The notes: a model not told the origin generated them from the sequence alone. 61,650 nucleotides of DNA from Chitinophagaceae bacterium (GCA_031378605.1 JANNEK010000009.1:1-61650), one strand, 5' to 3'; shown: positions 9,204 through 18,896, counted from the stretch's first letter. Numbers and translations are program-made.

Positions 9204-9551
9204 TTATAGTTTACTTTCTTTCAACTGAAGTTCCTTGAAGCGTTTATAAAAATCTTCTGCAAATTTTTTCATATCGGTTACCAACCCTTCCTGGTGTGTA
9301 GCCCGGCTAAACGTATCGGCCATTGTCATCAAGGTTTGAAAATAAAAATCGCCCATCTCATCTACCATCATATCTTTCGTCCACAGGTCCATTCTTAATG
9401 CTGCTTTATCGGCCCCATCCCAAAAGGATAACATAACTGCCTTGGCTTTTCGGTCCGCATCTGAGGTGCTTTCCGTTGCTTTCCAGTTAATTTGTTCAGG
9501 TACGCGGTTTGCATCCAGCGTTACATCTATTGTTATTGTTGATTGAATCAT
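9204..9551 (-). CDS. gldC: Gliding motility protein GldC
   Basis: ITIDVTLDANRVPEQINW, KAVMLSFWD, LRMDLWTKDM; ATG start at 9551. Confidence 0.85.
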   Translation of the reverse strand: MIQSTITIDVTLDANRVPEQINWKATESTSDADRKAKAVMLSFWDGADKAALRMDLWTKDMMVDEMGDFYFQTLMTMADTFSRATHQEGLVTDMKKFAEDFYKRFKELQLKESKL

Positions 9552-9818
9552 AAATTGCTTATTGAATGCCTGCGTTTTAGATAAAAATGTATACAAAAAT
9601 ACAAGGATTATAGCGTTAATTACCACTCATCTCTCTCCGAAAAAAATATTATTTGAAGTAACTTTCTGTAAGTCAGCACTAACTTTTTCAAATTGCATTT
9701 TTATGCAGTTTTTATTCGGAAAATACGCATGCGTATAATAGGGTACTATCACTTTGGTAAGGTTTTTGACATTGTGTATCTTTATTAAGTAATCCGATTC
9801 CTAAGTAAAATTGTACCT

Positions 9819-11027
9819 ATGAAACAACACTACACTAAAGTGCTATTATTGGCATTCTTAACTCTGCTGTTTTACTTACCCACCCCATTAAGTGCTCAAT
9901 GTTTATGCGAAAATGGTAATTTGCCACAAACTGTTACCTATCAGCAAACACGTAATATCAGGCCTATTGATGATTCAACGAACTTCGATCTTCTGCAATT
10001 CAATCCCGATTTAGGGCAATTGGTTTGTGCTAACGTTTTTTCTTTTATTACCGGAGTAGTCAGAATGCGATTGGAGAATGATGAAATTTATCCTGTTAAC
10101 TACCGGATCAATTATCAACGCACCGATCGGATTCAAGGGCCAGGTTTAACGCCCGATATCACTAACACGTTAACCAAAAACTATGGACCCTATAACCTGG
10201 CTGCTACAGATGGCAATTACTTCAGCGGACCCGATTTTGTAGGAATAGGTCCCGATAGTGTGTTAAAAAATAAATACCTAAATCGTACGCTTAGTTCGGG
10301 CCTTGTTCCTTTTTTAGGCTATGGCACACTTCCTTTTAATTATAAAGTAACCGGAAAAACAACTGTTTCAGGAAGTATTAATTATATCTTCTCTGTTAGT
10401 TCACAGGATATCGTAACGATCGGTATTACTTATAGTTTCTGTCCAACCGGTTTGTTGGGAACCGATATTAAAGATTTTGCCGTATCGAAAAAAACGAATG
10501 AAGATGTTCAGCTAAGCTGGACAACCATTAATGAATCAAAAGGAAATAAATACTCAATAGAAGTAAGTAAAAATAATACTGCCTTCGAAATGGTTGCCGA
10601 ATTGCAGGCCAGTTCAATAGCAGGTAGCACTTCTTCTAAATACAATGTACCTTACCACCTGCTTCAGCCTGGTAAAGGCAATATGTTTTTTAGAATTAAA
10701 CAAACAACCTCTACTGGTAAAGTAAATTATACGCCAGTACGCTCAATTGTTTTTGAAGCCAGCAAAACAGGATTTGTTATTTATCCAAATCCGACTCAAA
10801 CAAAAGTGCAGCTTCAGTTCGACCATGCAATTAACGGAAGTTATGCAGTTGATATCATTAATCTATCTGGCCAAACAATTCATAGTCGAGTGATTACATT
10901 ACAGGAAAGTAACACGCTAAGCTTTACGCTGGCTGCTGCTCCTCCTGCCGGAGTATATTATCTTCGGGCCAAAGAAATTAATGGCAGTAAAACCTATTCG
11001 GGTAAACTCATTTTTCAGAGAAATTAA
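9819..11027 (+). CDS. T9SS type A sorting domain protein with choice-of-anchor-E-like N-terminal domain
   Basis: Signal peptide; QFNPDLGQL; C-terminal IYPNP...GVYYL...KLI. Confidence 0.8.
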   Translation: MKQHYTKVLLLAFLTLLFYLPTPLSAQCLCENGNLPQTVTYQQTRNIRPIDDSTNFDLLQFNPDLGQLVCANVFSFITGVVRMRLENDEIYPVNYRINYQRTDRIQGPGLTPDITNTLTKNYGPYNLAATDGNYFSGPDFVGIGPDSVLKNKYLNRTLSSGLVPFLGYGTLPFNYKVTGKTTVSGSINYIFSVSSQDIVTIGITYSFCPTGLLGTDIKDFAVSKKTNEDVQLSWTTINESKGNKYSIEVSKNNTAFEMVAELQASSIAGSTSSKYNVPYHLLQPGKGNMFFRIKQTTSTGKVNYTPVRSIVFEASKTGFVIYPNPTQTKVQLQFDHAINGSYAVDIINLSGQTIHSRVITLQESNTLSFTLAAAPPAGVYYLRAKEINGSKTYSGKLIFQRN

Positions 11028-11054
11028 GGAATAGACGAATAAATCAATACAAGC

Positions 11055-11081
11055 AAAAGGCCCTATTATGGGGCCTTTTTT
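11055..11081 (+). terminator. Intrinsic terminator
   Basis: AAAAGGCCC-loop-GGGCCTTTTTT. Confidence 0.75.
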
Positions 11082-11129
11082 CCATTATGGCTTTACTTTA
11101 TTACTTTTGTTCAGATCAATAAATTAATA

Positions 11130-11864
11130 ATGGAGTATAATACTTTAAGAAACCATCTGGCAATGAAGGAATATGGTCGCCATATTCAGAAGATGATTGA
11201 ATATTTACTTACGATAGACGATAAGGAAACCCGTCAGCGAAATGCTTATGCTGTAATTGAATTGATGGGTTTTTTAAATCCGCATTTGAAAAATGTAGAA
11301 GATTTCAGACATAAGTTATGGGACCATCTTTTTTTTATCTCTGATTTTAAATTGGATGTAGAATCTCCTTATCCTATTCCTACCCGGGAAACCTTAAGTG
11401 AAAAGCCTAAGCCGCTTACCTATCCAAAAAGATATCCAAAGTTTTCACACCTGGGTAAGAACATGGAGTTAGTGATTGATAAAGCATTAAAAGAAGAGAA
11501 TCCGGAAAAACGTCAGGGCTTTGCCAATGCTGTTGCTTATTATATGAAACTGGCATATAGCAACTGGCATAAAGAAACGGTACACGATGATGCCATTCAA
11601 AGTGAATTGAACTCAATTACAGCGGGTCAGTTAGCTTTCACCAATACACCTTTTGTTCGAACTCCCCGACCCAATGAAGGCAGGGACAGAGATCGTGGAG
11701 GATATGGTAACGACTACCGGAATAAACGAAACCCGAATCCGAAATATGGCAATCAGCAACGTGGAAGTGGGGGTGGAGGCGGTGGTCGCAATGATCGGAA
11801 TGACCGAAACGACCGCAATGATCGAAATAGCAGTGGTGGAAAATTTAAGAAAAAAAGATACTAA
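11130..11864 (+). CDS. DUF4290 domain protein
   Basis: MEYNT, EYGRHIQ, KLWDHL, LDVESPYP; low-complexity G/RND tail. Confidence 0.85.
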   Translation: MEYNTLRNHLAMKEYGRHIQKMIEYLLTIDDKETRQRNAYAVIELMGFLNPHLKNVEDFRHKLWDHLFFISDFKLDVESPYPIPTRETLSEKPKPLTYPKRYPKFSHLGKNMELVIDKALKEENPEKRQGFANAVAYYMKLAYSNWHKETVHDDAIQSELNSITAGQLAFTNTPFVRTPRPNEGRDRDRGGYGNDYRNKRNPNPKYGNQQRGSGGGGGGRNDRNDRNDRNDRNSSGGKFKKKRY

Positions 11865-11894
11865 AATAATCGACCGATTGAAATTGACTAATTG

Positions 11895-11927
11895 AAAAGT
11901 TGAGAGAAGAGAACTCTCAACTTTTTT
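11895..11927 (+). terminator. Intrinsic terminator
   Basis: AAAAGTTGAGAG-loop-CTCTCAACTTTTTT. Confidence 0.7.
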
Positions 11928-11978
11928 ATTTTTATCTTGCGGTTCTTCTACAAAAAATCAACTCATTAATTATTCAGC

Positions 11979-13289
11979 ATGCATTCCTTTGAAGTAACAG
12001 GCGGCAAAAAATTAAAAGGGGAAATTATTCCACAGGGTGCAAAAAACGAAGCGCTTCAAATAATAAGTGCTGTTTTACTTACTCCTGAAAAAGTAACGGT
12101 TACCAATATACCAGATATATTGGATGTAAACTTACTAATAGAATTATTGGGGGAAATGAATGTTTCCATTGAGCGCCCTCAGCGGAATACTTGTATTTTT
12201 ACTGCCGAAAATATAAACATCGATTATCTGCACAGCGAATCCTACCGAAAAAAAAGTGGGCGCTTGCGTGGATCCGTTATGCTTGCCGGACCCTTGCTGT
12301 CTCGATTCCGAAAGGCATTTATTCCTAAGCCTGGAGGTGATAAAATTGGACGAAGAAGATTAGATACTCATATTATTGGATTTGAAAAATTAGGTGCCAC
12401 TTTTAACTACCATGAAGAAGACGGCTTTTTTCATATTGAAGCTCCTCATCTGCATGGAGCCAATATGTTACTCGATGAACCCTCCGTTACGGGTACTGCC
12501 AATATTATTATGGCTGCTGTAATGGCAAAGGGAACAACCACTATTTATAATGCTGCCTGTGAGCCCTACTTACAACAATTATGTAAGATGATTTGCAGAA
12601 TGGGAGGTAAAATTACTGGTATCGGAAGCAATCGTATTATTATTGAGGGTACAGATTATCTTGGAGGAACCAGCCATCGGTTACTACCGGATATGATTGA
12701 AATAGGTTCATTTATCGGATTAGCGGCGATGACCCAGGGAGATATTACCATTAAAAATGTTGCTATTGATCAGTTGGGTATTATTCCGGAAAAATTTCAA
12801 CAACTGGGTATTCACATGAATTTTATTGGCGATGATATTCATATACCCGAACAGGATGTTTATGAAATTCATCGATTTTTAGATGGTGGGGTATTAACGA
12901 TTTCAGATCATCCCTGGCCTGGCTTTACACCCGACCTGCTCAGTATTGTATTAGTAACCGCCATACAGGCCAAAGGAAGTGTATTAATACATCAAAAAAT
13001 GTTTGAAAGCCGGTTGTTTTTCGTTGATAAATTAATTGATATGGGCGCCAAAATAATTTTGTGCGACCCCCATCGTGCTGTAGTAATTGGCTTAGAAAGA
13101 CAACAGCAATTAAGAGGCATTACGATGAGCAGCCCCGACATTCGCGCGGGTGTATCTTTACTTATTGCAGCTTTAAGTGCAGAAGGTAAAAGCATCATTC
13201 AGAATATTGAACAAATTGATCGAGGCTACCAATATATTGATGAACGATTGAGAAACTTAGGGGCATCTATAAAAAGAGTGGAAGGATAA
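11979..13289 (+). CDS. murA: UDP-N-acetylglucosamine 1-carboxyvinyltransferase
   Basis: GAKNEAL, PGGDKIGRR, SVTGTAN, PDMIE, DIRAG, IDRGY. Confidence 0.95.
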   Translation: MHSFEVTGGKKLKGEIIPQGAKNEALQIISAVLLTPEKVTVTNIPDILDVNLLIELLGEMNVSIERPQRNTCIFTAENINIDYLHSESYRKKSGRLRGSVMLAGPLLSRFRKAFIPKPGGDKIGRRRLDTHIIGFEKLGATFNYHEEDGFFHIEAPHLHGANMLLDEPSVTGTANIIMAAVMAKGTTTIYNAACEPYLQQLCKMICRMGGKITGIGSNRIIIEGTDYLGGTSHRLLPDMIEIGSFIGLAAMTQGDITIKNVAIDQLGIIPEKFQQLGIHMNFIGDDIHIPEQDVYEIHRFLDGGVLTISDHPWPGFTPDLLSIVLVTAIQAKGSVLIHQKMFESRLFFVDKLIDMGAKIILCDPHRAVVIGLERQQQLRGITMSSPDIRAGVSLLIAALSAEGKSIIQNIEQIDRGYQYIDERLRNLGASIKRVEG

Positions 13290-13406
13290 TTTTCATCTTC
13301 ACTTTATTCTTATAAAATTTTGCAAGTACACCTCTTATTGAGCGCTTAATAAATAATTCATCCAGTGCTCTCTACTTTATTTACGTCAAAGTTCTTTTCT
13401 TTGCAA

Positions 13407-13985
13407 ATGGCTATTGAAAAAAAGATCGTTGTAATTACTGCACCATCGGGGGCGGGCAAAACGTCCATCACCAAACATTTACTTCAAACATTTCATCAAC
13501 TGGCATTTTCTATTTCTGCAGCTACCCGCCCGCAGCGCACTCATGAAGTTAATGGCAAGGATTATTATTTTATAAGTACCGCTGAGTTTAAAGAGAAAAT
13601 TAATAGGGGTGAATTTGTGGAATGGGAAATGGTGTATGAAGGAAAATATTACGGCACTTTGAAAAGCGAGTTAGAAAGAATATGGAGCGATAACCACATT
13701 CCGGTACTTGATATTGATGTGAAAGGAGCGATTCATGTACAGCAACAATTTCCAGGCAATTCATTATCAATTTTTATTGATCCGCCTTCGGTGAAGGAGC
13801 TGGAACGCCGACTTCAAAGTCGGGGTACAGAAACAAAAGAAACGCTTCAGGCCCGCGTAAGCAAGGCCTCTTTTGAAATTTCATTTAAACATCATTTTAA
13901 TAAAATTATTGTCAACGATCACCTGGAAAATGCTTGTAAAGCAGCCGAAATCATTGTTAAAGAGTTTATGGAAACTTCCATTTGA
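13407..13985 (+). CDS. gmk: Guanylate kinase
   Basis: APSGAGKT P-loop, SATTR-like SAATRPQR, GKDYYF, YYGT. Confidence 0.95.
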   Translation: MAIEKKIVVITAPSGAGKTSITKHLLQTFHQLAFSISAATRPQRTHEVNGKDYYFISTAEFKEKINRGEFVEWEMVYEGKYYGTLKSELERIWSDNHIPVLDIDVKGAIHVQQQFPGNSLSIFIDPPSVKELERRLQSRGTETKETLQARVSKASFEISFKHHFNKIIVNDHLENACKAAEIIVKEFMETSI

Positions 13986-13994
13986 TGAAAAGAA

Positions 13995-14072
13995 AAATTG
14001 ATGGCTGGTGTAGTGGTGAAATTAATGGCTGGTGTGGTGGTGAAATTAATGGCTGGTGTGGACACCAGCCAT
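13995..14072. repeat. 24-bp tandem repeat (2.8 copies) ending in a REP-like palindrome
   Basis: AAATT(G/A)ATGGCTGGTGT(A/G)GTGGTG units; ATGGCTGGTGT-GG-ACACCAGCCAT at 14049-14072. Confidence 0.85.
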
Positions 14073-14123
14073 GGAAAGCAAACATTGGCAATCCTCCTTT
14101 CTTTAGTACATTCGTAGTCAGTT

Positions 14124-15389
14124 ATGAGTACAATTGTAATTTTCGGAATTGTTCTGGCTATATTTTTAATGGCGTTTTACTCCGGAGTTGAAGTCGCTTT
14201 TGCTTCTGCCAATCGTTTGAATATTGAGTTAAAAAAGAAACAGGGCTCCACCAGCGCAATTTTATTATCCCGTTTATTCGATAATCCTTCCCGTTTTATT
14301 GGTGTTATGATTATAGGGTATAATTTTTTCCTGGTACTTTTTGTTTTAATGATTAGTACGTTTTGGAAATTGCTGATCGATTCCTGGTCTATCATTGTAT
14401 CCGCAAAAATTCCTGTACGTATTTCATTGGAAATAATATTATCAGTGTTTGCCGTTGTTTTAGTGGGCGACTTTATTCCGAAGGCAATATTCCGTGCCAA
14501 AGCAGATACCTTACTTTCTTTTTCGGCCCGCACTGGTTTGCTTGGAATTAGCGACCAACTATTTGCGCCGATTGCTCAATTATTTGTAAATACTTCAATA
14601 TGGATACTCGATATCATCTTTAATGTTCGAATTGATAAAAGAAAAGAAGCATTTTCGCGAGCCGATTTGGAGAATTTTTTTCAACAAAGCGGTGAACTAA
14701 GTAGCGAAAATCAAAACCTCAACACAGATTTATTTGAAGCAGCACTCCTGCTACCCAAGGTTCGTATCCGTGAGTGCCTGGTGCCCCGTAAAGAAATTGA
14801 AGCTATAGATCTATCTGCTCCCATCGAAGAAGTCAGAAAAAAAATGATTGATACTAAACTTAGCAAGCTGGTTGTTTTTGACGGCAACATAGATCATATA
14901 AGCGGATATATACATCAGTTAGATTTATTTAAAAAGCCTTCTCAAATCAAAGATATTTTATTGCCAATACCCGCTATTCCCGAAAGTATGAGTGCAACGG
15001 ACCTGATTAATAAATTTACCAAAGAAAGAAAAAGTATTGCATGGGTAGTCGATGAATTTGGTGGTACTGCAGGTATTGTAACCATGGAAGATTTACTGGA
15101 AGAAATTTTCGGTGAAATAAGAGATGAGTATGATGTAGAAGAATTTGAGGAGAAAAAAATATCTGAAGGAGAATATATATTTTCGGGAAGACTTGAATTA
15201 GACTACCTGAAAGAAAAATATAATTTTGAGTTTCCGGAAAATGAATCTGAAACACTTTCCGGTCTCATCATTCACCAACACGAAACGATTCCCCGATTGA
15301 AGGACCGGATAATAATAGGGAATTATGAGTTTGAAATTATTAATGTAAGTGATACCCGTATTGAAATGGTAAAACTCAGACTATTATAG
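14124..15389 (+). CDS. HlyC/CorC (CNNM-CBS-CorC) family transporter
   Basis: FYSGVEVAF DUF21 start, VVDEFGGTAGIVTMEDLLEEIFGEIRDEYD. Confidence 0.9.
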   Translation: MSTIVIFGIVLAIFLMAFYSGVEVAFASANRLNIELKKKQGSTSAILLSRLFDNPSRFIGVMIIGYNFFLVLFVLMISTFWKLLIDSWSIIVSAKIPVRISLEIILSVFAVVLVGDFIPKAIFRAKADTLLSFSARTGLLGISDQLFAPIAQLFVNTSIWILDIIFNVRIDKRKEAFSRADLENFFQQSGELSSENQNLNTDLFEAALLLPKVRIRECLVPRKEIEAIDLSAPIEEVRKKMIDTKLSKLVVFDGNIDHISGYIHQLDLFKKPSQIKDILLPIPAIPESMSATDLINKFTKERKSIAWVVDEFGGTAGIVTMEDLLEEIFGEIRDEYDVEEFEEKKISEGEYIFSGRLELDYLKEKYNFEFPENESETLSGLIIHQHETIPRLKDRIIIGNYEFEIINVSDTRIEMVKLRLL

Positions 15390-15473
15390 TGAGCTATTTT
15401 CAAACAATAATTAAACGTTTTCCAGTTATCCCAAAAACGAATAACCTTAAATTTGCTCCACTTTATTTAAATC

Positions 15474-16328
15474 ATGGCACTTCCTTTTTTTAACAAGCGC
15501 AGCGGCGAAAAAACAGAGATGAGTTTTATTGATCATCTTGAAGAATTAAGATGGCACATTGTTCGGTCTGTTATTGCTATTATGGTAATGGCAATACTGA
15601 TATTCGTGTTCCAGGATTTTGTGTTTAATTATATTGTGTTTGGGCCGATGAATAAAAATTTCTTTACTTATACTTACCTGTGTAAGTTTAGCCATTGGGC
15701 GCATATGGGTGATGCCCTTTGTATGCCTCCTCCCAATGTTCCCTTATCTGCAATGACTTTCGGTACTCAGTTTATGTCACTTATTACAGTTTCATTTGTT
15801 GGGGGTTTTGTTGCCTCCTTTCCTTATATTTTTTGGGAAGTCTGGAGATTTATCAAACCAGCCCTAAGCGCAAAAGAGGTAAAATCAGCAAGAGGAGCTA
15901 TTTTTTGGGTATCATTCTTCTTCTTTGGCGGAGCAGCTTTTGGATATTTTATAATAGCGCCATTCACTTTTAGCTTTTTGGCTAATTTCAGACTAAGTTC
16001 ACAGGTTATTATTGAAACTAAACCTACTTTATCCGATTATGTAGAAAATCTCACTAATATCATTTTAGGAGCGGGCATTGCCTTCCAATTACCAATCGTA
16101 TCCTTTGTGCTTACTAAAATTGGGCTCATTACTCCTAAATTTTTAAAAACTTATCGAAAATATGCGCTGGTTGCCATCCTGGTGATTGCTGCTATTATTA
16201 CTCCTTCTCCAGACTGGATGAGTCAAATGATTGTATTCGTTCCTTTATTCCTTTTGTATGAATTAGGCATTCTTATTTCCTCAAGAGCCTATAAAAAAAT
16301 GCTTAAACGCGAAAAAGAATGGGATTGA
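15474..16328 (+). CDS. tatC: Twin-arginine translocase subunit TatC
   Basis: EMSFIDHLEELR, FIKPAL, FQLP, AAIITP. Confidence 0.95.
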   Translation: MALPFFNKRSGEKTEMSFIDHLEELRWHIVRSVIAIMVMAILIFVFQDFVFNYIVFGPMNKNFFTYTYLCKFSHWAHMGDALCMPPPNVPLSAMTFGTQFMSLITVSFVGGFVASFPYIFWEVWRFIKPALSAKEVKSARGAIFWVSFFFFGGAAFGYFIIAPFTFSFLANFRLSSQVIIETKPTLSDYVENLTNIILGAGIAFQLPIVSFVLTKIGLITPKFLKTYRKYALVAILVIAAIITPSPDWMSQMIVFVPLFLLYELGILISSRAYKKMLKREKEWD

Positions 16329-16376
16329 TAACTGATAGTCTTCTTAATTTTGAGGTCTTAATTAATAATACAAGGT

Positions 16377-16832
16377 ATGTCTGCTGTTTTTGATTTGTCA
16401 AAACCAATTGCAATTGGTGCCGATCATGCTGGCTTTGATTATAAAGCTGAATTGATAAATTGGTTGCAACAACAGGGCCGGCAGGTAATTGATAAAGGTT
16501 TGTTTGAAAATAAATCGGTTGATTATCCCGATTATGCCCACCCGGTAGCTGTTGCAGTAGAAAAAGGGGAAGCTTCCTTTGGAATATTATTATGCGGAAG
16601 CGCAAATGGCGTATGTATGACTGCCAATAAACACCAGGGAATTCGTGCTGCGCTCTGCTGGCAAAATGATGTTGCCCGATTGGTGCGTTTACATAATGAT
16701 GCTAATATTATTTGTATTCCTGCCAGATTTGTGGCTCTTGACCTGGTTAAACAAATGATAACTGTTTTTGTAGAAACTCCGTTTGAGGGTGGCCGTCATC
16801 AAACCAGGGTGAATAAGATAAGCTGCGGGTGA
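16377..16832 (+). CDS. rpiB: Ribose 5-phosphate isomerase B
   Basis: GADHAG, SVDYPD, CGSANG, HNDAN, FEGGRH. Confidence 0.95.
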   Translation: MSAVFDLSKPIAIGADHAGFDYKAELINWLQQQGRQVIDKGLFENKSVDYPDYAHPVAVAVEKGEASFGILLCGSANGVCMTANKHQGIRAALCWQNDVARLVRLHNDANIICIPARFVALDLVKQMITVFVETPFEGGRHQTRVNKISCG

Positions 16833-17034
16833 ATATTTACAGTATTCAAAGGTCATAGGATCATAAATAACTCTTTATTGACTTAAAGTTCTCTTCGACT
16901 TTAACAAGATTTCGTAATAATATGAATAGAATGTTTTTATTTTTCCTATGGTCATATCTTTTTTGGGTTCTTTTAAACCACTGCTTCCGTTGCCGGTCTT
17001 TAATACTGTACCATTTTAAAAAACAAAAAAAGTT

Positions 17035-17175
17035 ATGATTTAAAGCTATTGTTTAATTAAAGCAAGTTTATTCAGCGTTTTAATTTCGCTGGCTTCATTT
17101 TCTGTAAATGCGCAGAATACTACTGAAAATGATAAAAAGGACAGAAGAGAAAATGTGAGAGACAGAAAACATTAA
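17035..17175 (+). pseudogene. Remnant of a small secreted protein with a stop at codon 3
   Basis: ATG ATT TAA continues in frame as SYCLIKASLFSVLISLASFSVNAQNTTENDKKDRRENVRDRKH*, i.e. a Sec signal peptide and a charged tail. Confidence 0.55.
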
Positions 17176-17177
17176 AC

Positions 17178-17213
17178 AAAAAAACCGCTTTCAGAACGAA
17201 GGCGGTTTTTTTT
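17178..17213. terminator. Bidirectional intrinsic terminator
   Basis: A7-CCGCTTTC-loop-GAAGGCGG-T8. Confidence 0.8.
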
Positions 17214-17233
17214 ACGACTTCCCGATACCGTCA

Positions 17234-17758
17234 CTATAATTTAATTTTTCCAAACCAGGAACTGTGTTGTTTACCCAAATCCATTTTTGATTTGCACCTA
17301 TTAATATATTCCTGACAATCTTTTATTTTTTCATCACTCAATGTCATTAAAATTGCCTTCTCATAACAGGTTATTGCTTCTTTAAAATTCAGTTTTAATT
17401 CTTCCATAATACCATATCGTAAATATACACCCGATTTTTCCACGGTAGGAATTTTCAAACATTTTTCAAGATGTTTATCCAATTCATCAAACCGCTCCAT
17501 ATCGGTTAGCAATACTGCATAATTAATATAGGCATGAGGATAATGAGGACTGCTATTGATGCAGGCGACATAATACTTCTCTGCTTTTTTATAATCCTCT
17601 ATCTGTGTTTTATATAACCACCCTAGGGAATTTAATGTTGGTCCGTTTCCAGGCTCATCATATAAAATACTTTCATACTTTCTAAAAGCCTCAACGTAGC
17701 TATTATTACGGATATCTGCTTCTGCTTCTAAATAAACTTCTTCCATTTTACTGTTCAT
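17234..17758 (-). CDS. Tetratricopeptide repeat protein
   Basis: LNSLGWLY...AEKYY, AYINYAVL, AITCYEKAI helical repeats. Confidence 0.8.
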   Translation of the reverse strand: MNSKMEEVYLEAEADIRNNSYVEAFRKYESILYDEPGNGPTLNSLGWLYKTQIEDYKKAEKYYVACINSSPHYPHAYINYAVLLTDMERFDELDKHLEKCLKIPTVEKSGVYLRYGIMEELKLNFKEAITCYEKAILMTLSDEKIKDCQEYINRCKSKMDLGKQHSSWFGKIKL

Positions 17759-17769
17759 TATTTATAATT

Positions 17770-18744
17770 TTACCAGCCCAATATCCATGCAAAAATTAGT
17801 GGAGCCACAATGGTAGCGTCACTTTCTACAATAAATTTGGGTGTTTTAATGTCGAGTTTGCCCCAGGTAATTTTTTCGTTTGGAACCGCCCCCGAATAGG
17901 AACCATAAGAAGTTGTTGAATCACTTATCTGGCAGAAATAACTCCAAAAAGGAACATCATGCCATTCCAGATCCTGGTACATCATAGGTACTACACATAT
18001 AGGAAAATCACCGGCTATACCACCTCCAATTTGAAAAAACCCCACACCCTTTCCACCTGAATTTTTTCTATACCAATCGGCCAGCCAAACCATATATTCA
18101 ATACCGTTTTTAACAGTGCTTGCCTTCAGTTCATTTTTAATTACATAACTGGCAAATATATTTCCGGTAGTACTATCTTCCCAGCCAGGCACCACAATTG
18201 GAATATTTTTTTCTACGGCTGCCACTACCCAACTATCTTTTGGATCAATTTCATAATACTGTTTCAAATCGCCACTTAAAATTGTTTTATAAAGAAATTC
18301 GTGTGGGAAAAAACGTTCTCCTGCTTTTTCAGCATCTGTCCATTGCTTAACCAAATGCTTTTGCAATCGCCGGAATGCTTCTTCTTCGGGTATACAAGTA
18401 TCTGTAACACGGTTATAATGGTTCTCCAGCAATTCCCATTCTTGTTGAGGAGTTAAATCACGGTATTCGGGAATTCGTTTATAGTGGCTATGTGCTACCA
18501 GGTTCATTATATCTTCTTCTAAATTAGCACCGGTGCAGCTAATAATATCAACTTTTCCCTGCCGAATCATTTCTGCTAACGAAACACCCAATTCACCCGT
18601 ACTCATAGCTCCGGCAAGTGTAATCATCATTTTACCTCCTTCGAGCATATGTTTTTCATAACCTTTTGCAGCGTCTACCAGTGCCGCTGCATTGAAATGC
18701 CGATAATGATGTTGAATAAATTGTGAAACCGGGCCCTTATTCAT
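17770..18744 (-). CDS. Deoxyhypusine synthase family protein (probably homospermidine synthesis)
   Basis: LAGAMST, CTGANLEED, IGGG, SYSGAVPNEKITWGK, ESDATIVAP. Confidence 0.9.
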   Translation of the reverse strand: MNKGPVSQFIQHHYRHFNAAALVDAAKGYEKHMLEGGKMMITLAGAMSTGELGVSLAEMIRQGKVDIISCTGANLEEDIMNLVAHSHYKRIPEYRDLTPQQEWELLENHYNRVTDTCIPEEEAFRRLQKHLVKQWTDAEKAGERFFPHEFLYKTILSGDLKQYYEIDPKDSWVVAAVEKNIPIVVPGWEDSTTGNIFASYVIKNELKASTVKNGIEYMVWLADWYRKNSGGKGVGFFQIGGGIAGDFPICVVPMMYQDLEWHDVPFWSYFCQISDSTTSYGSYSGAVPNEKITWGKLDIKTPKFIVESDATIVAPLIFAWILGW

Positions 18745-18823
18745 TTTTCAAAATTTTGAAAGCCGCCTTCCGATCACAATAAGGTGAGACATTGCGGTAT
18801 ACTACCCATGGCGGCAGTTCCTG

Positions 18824-18831
18824 CAAAAATA
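18824..18831 (-). promoter_or_regulatory. Bacteroidota sigma-A -7 element TATTTTTG
   Basis: Exact TAnnTTTG match about 80 nt upstream of the ATG at 18744. Confidence 0.55.
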
Positions 18832-18862
18832 CTATAAATGATTATTCCCGTTTTATTAAATT

Positions 18863-18896
18863 AAAAAGCCTTCCCATCAACGATGAGAAGACTTTT
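18863..18896 (-). terminator. Intrinsic terminator
   Basis: Minus strand AAAAGTCTTCTCATC-GTT-GATGGGAAGGCTTTTT downstream of 18927..19382. Confidence 0.7.

Noticed and set aside
11787-11828. 9-bp repeats encoding (RND)n in the DUF4290 gene
   Set aside because: Synonymously diverged coding repeat in a low-complexity tail; ordinary
13995-14072. CRISPR array or Chi sites
   Set aside because: Repeats are contiguous with no unique spacers, no cas genes are present, and GCTGGTGT is not the E. coli Chi GCTGGTGG
13982-14191. 69-aa ORF with repeated GWC motifs as a Cys-rich peptide precursor
   Set aside because: It is the translation of the DNA repeat and overlaps the next gene out of frame
17770-18744. 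Eukaryote/archaea-type eIF5A hypusination system
   Set aside because: Bacterial homologs are common and linked to polyamine synthesis; no partner gene here
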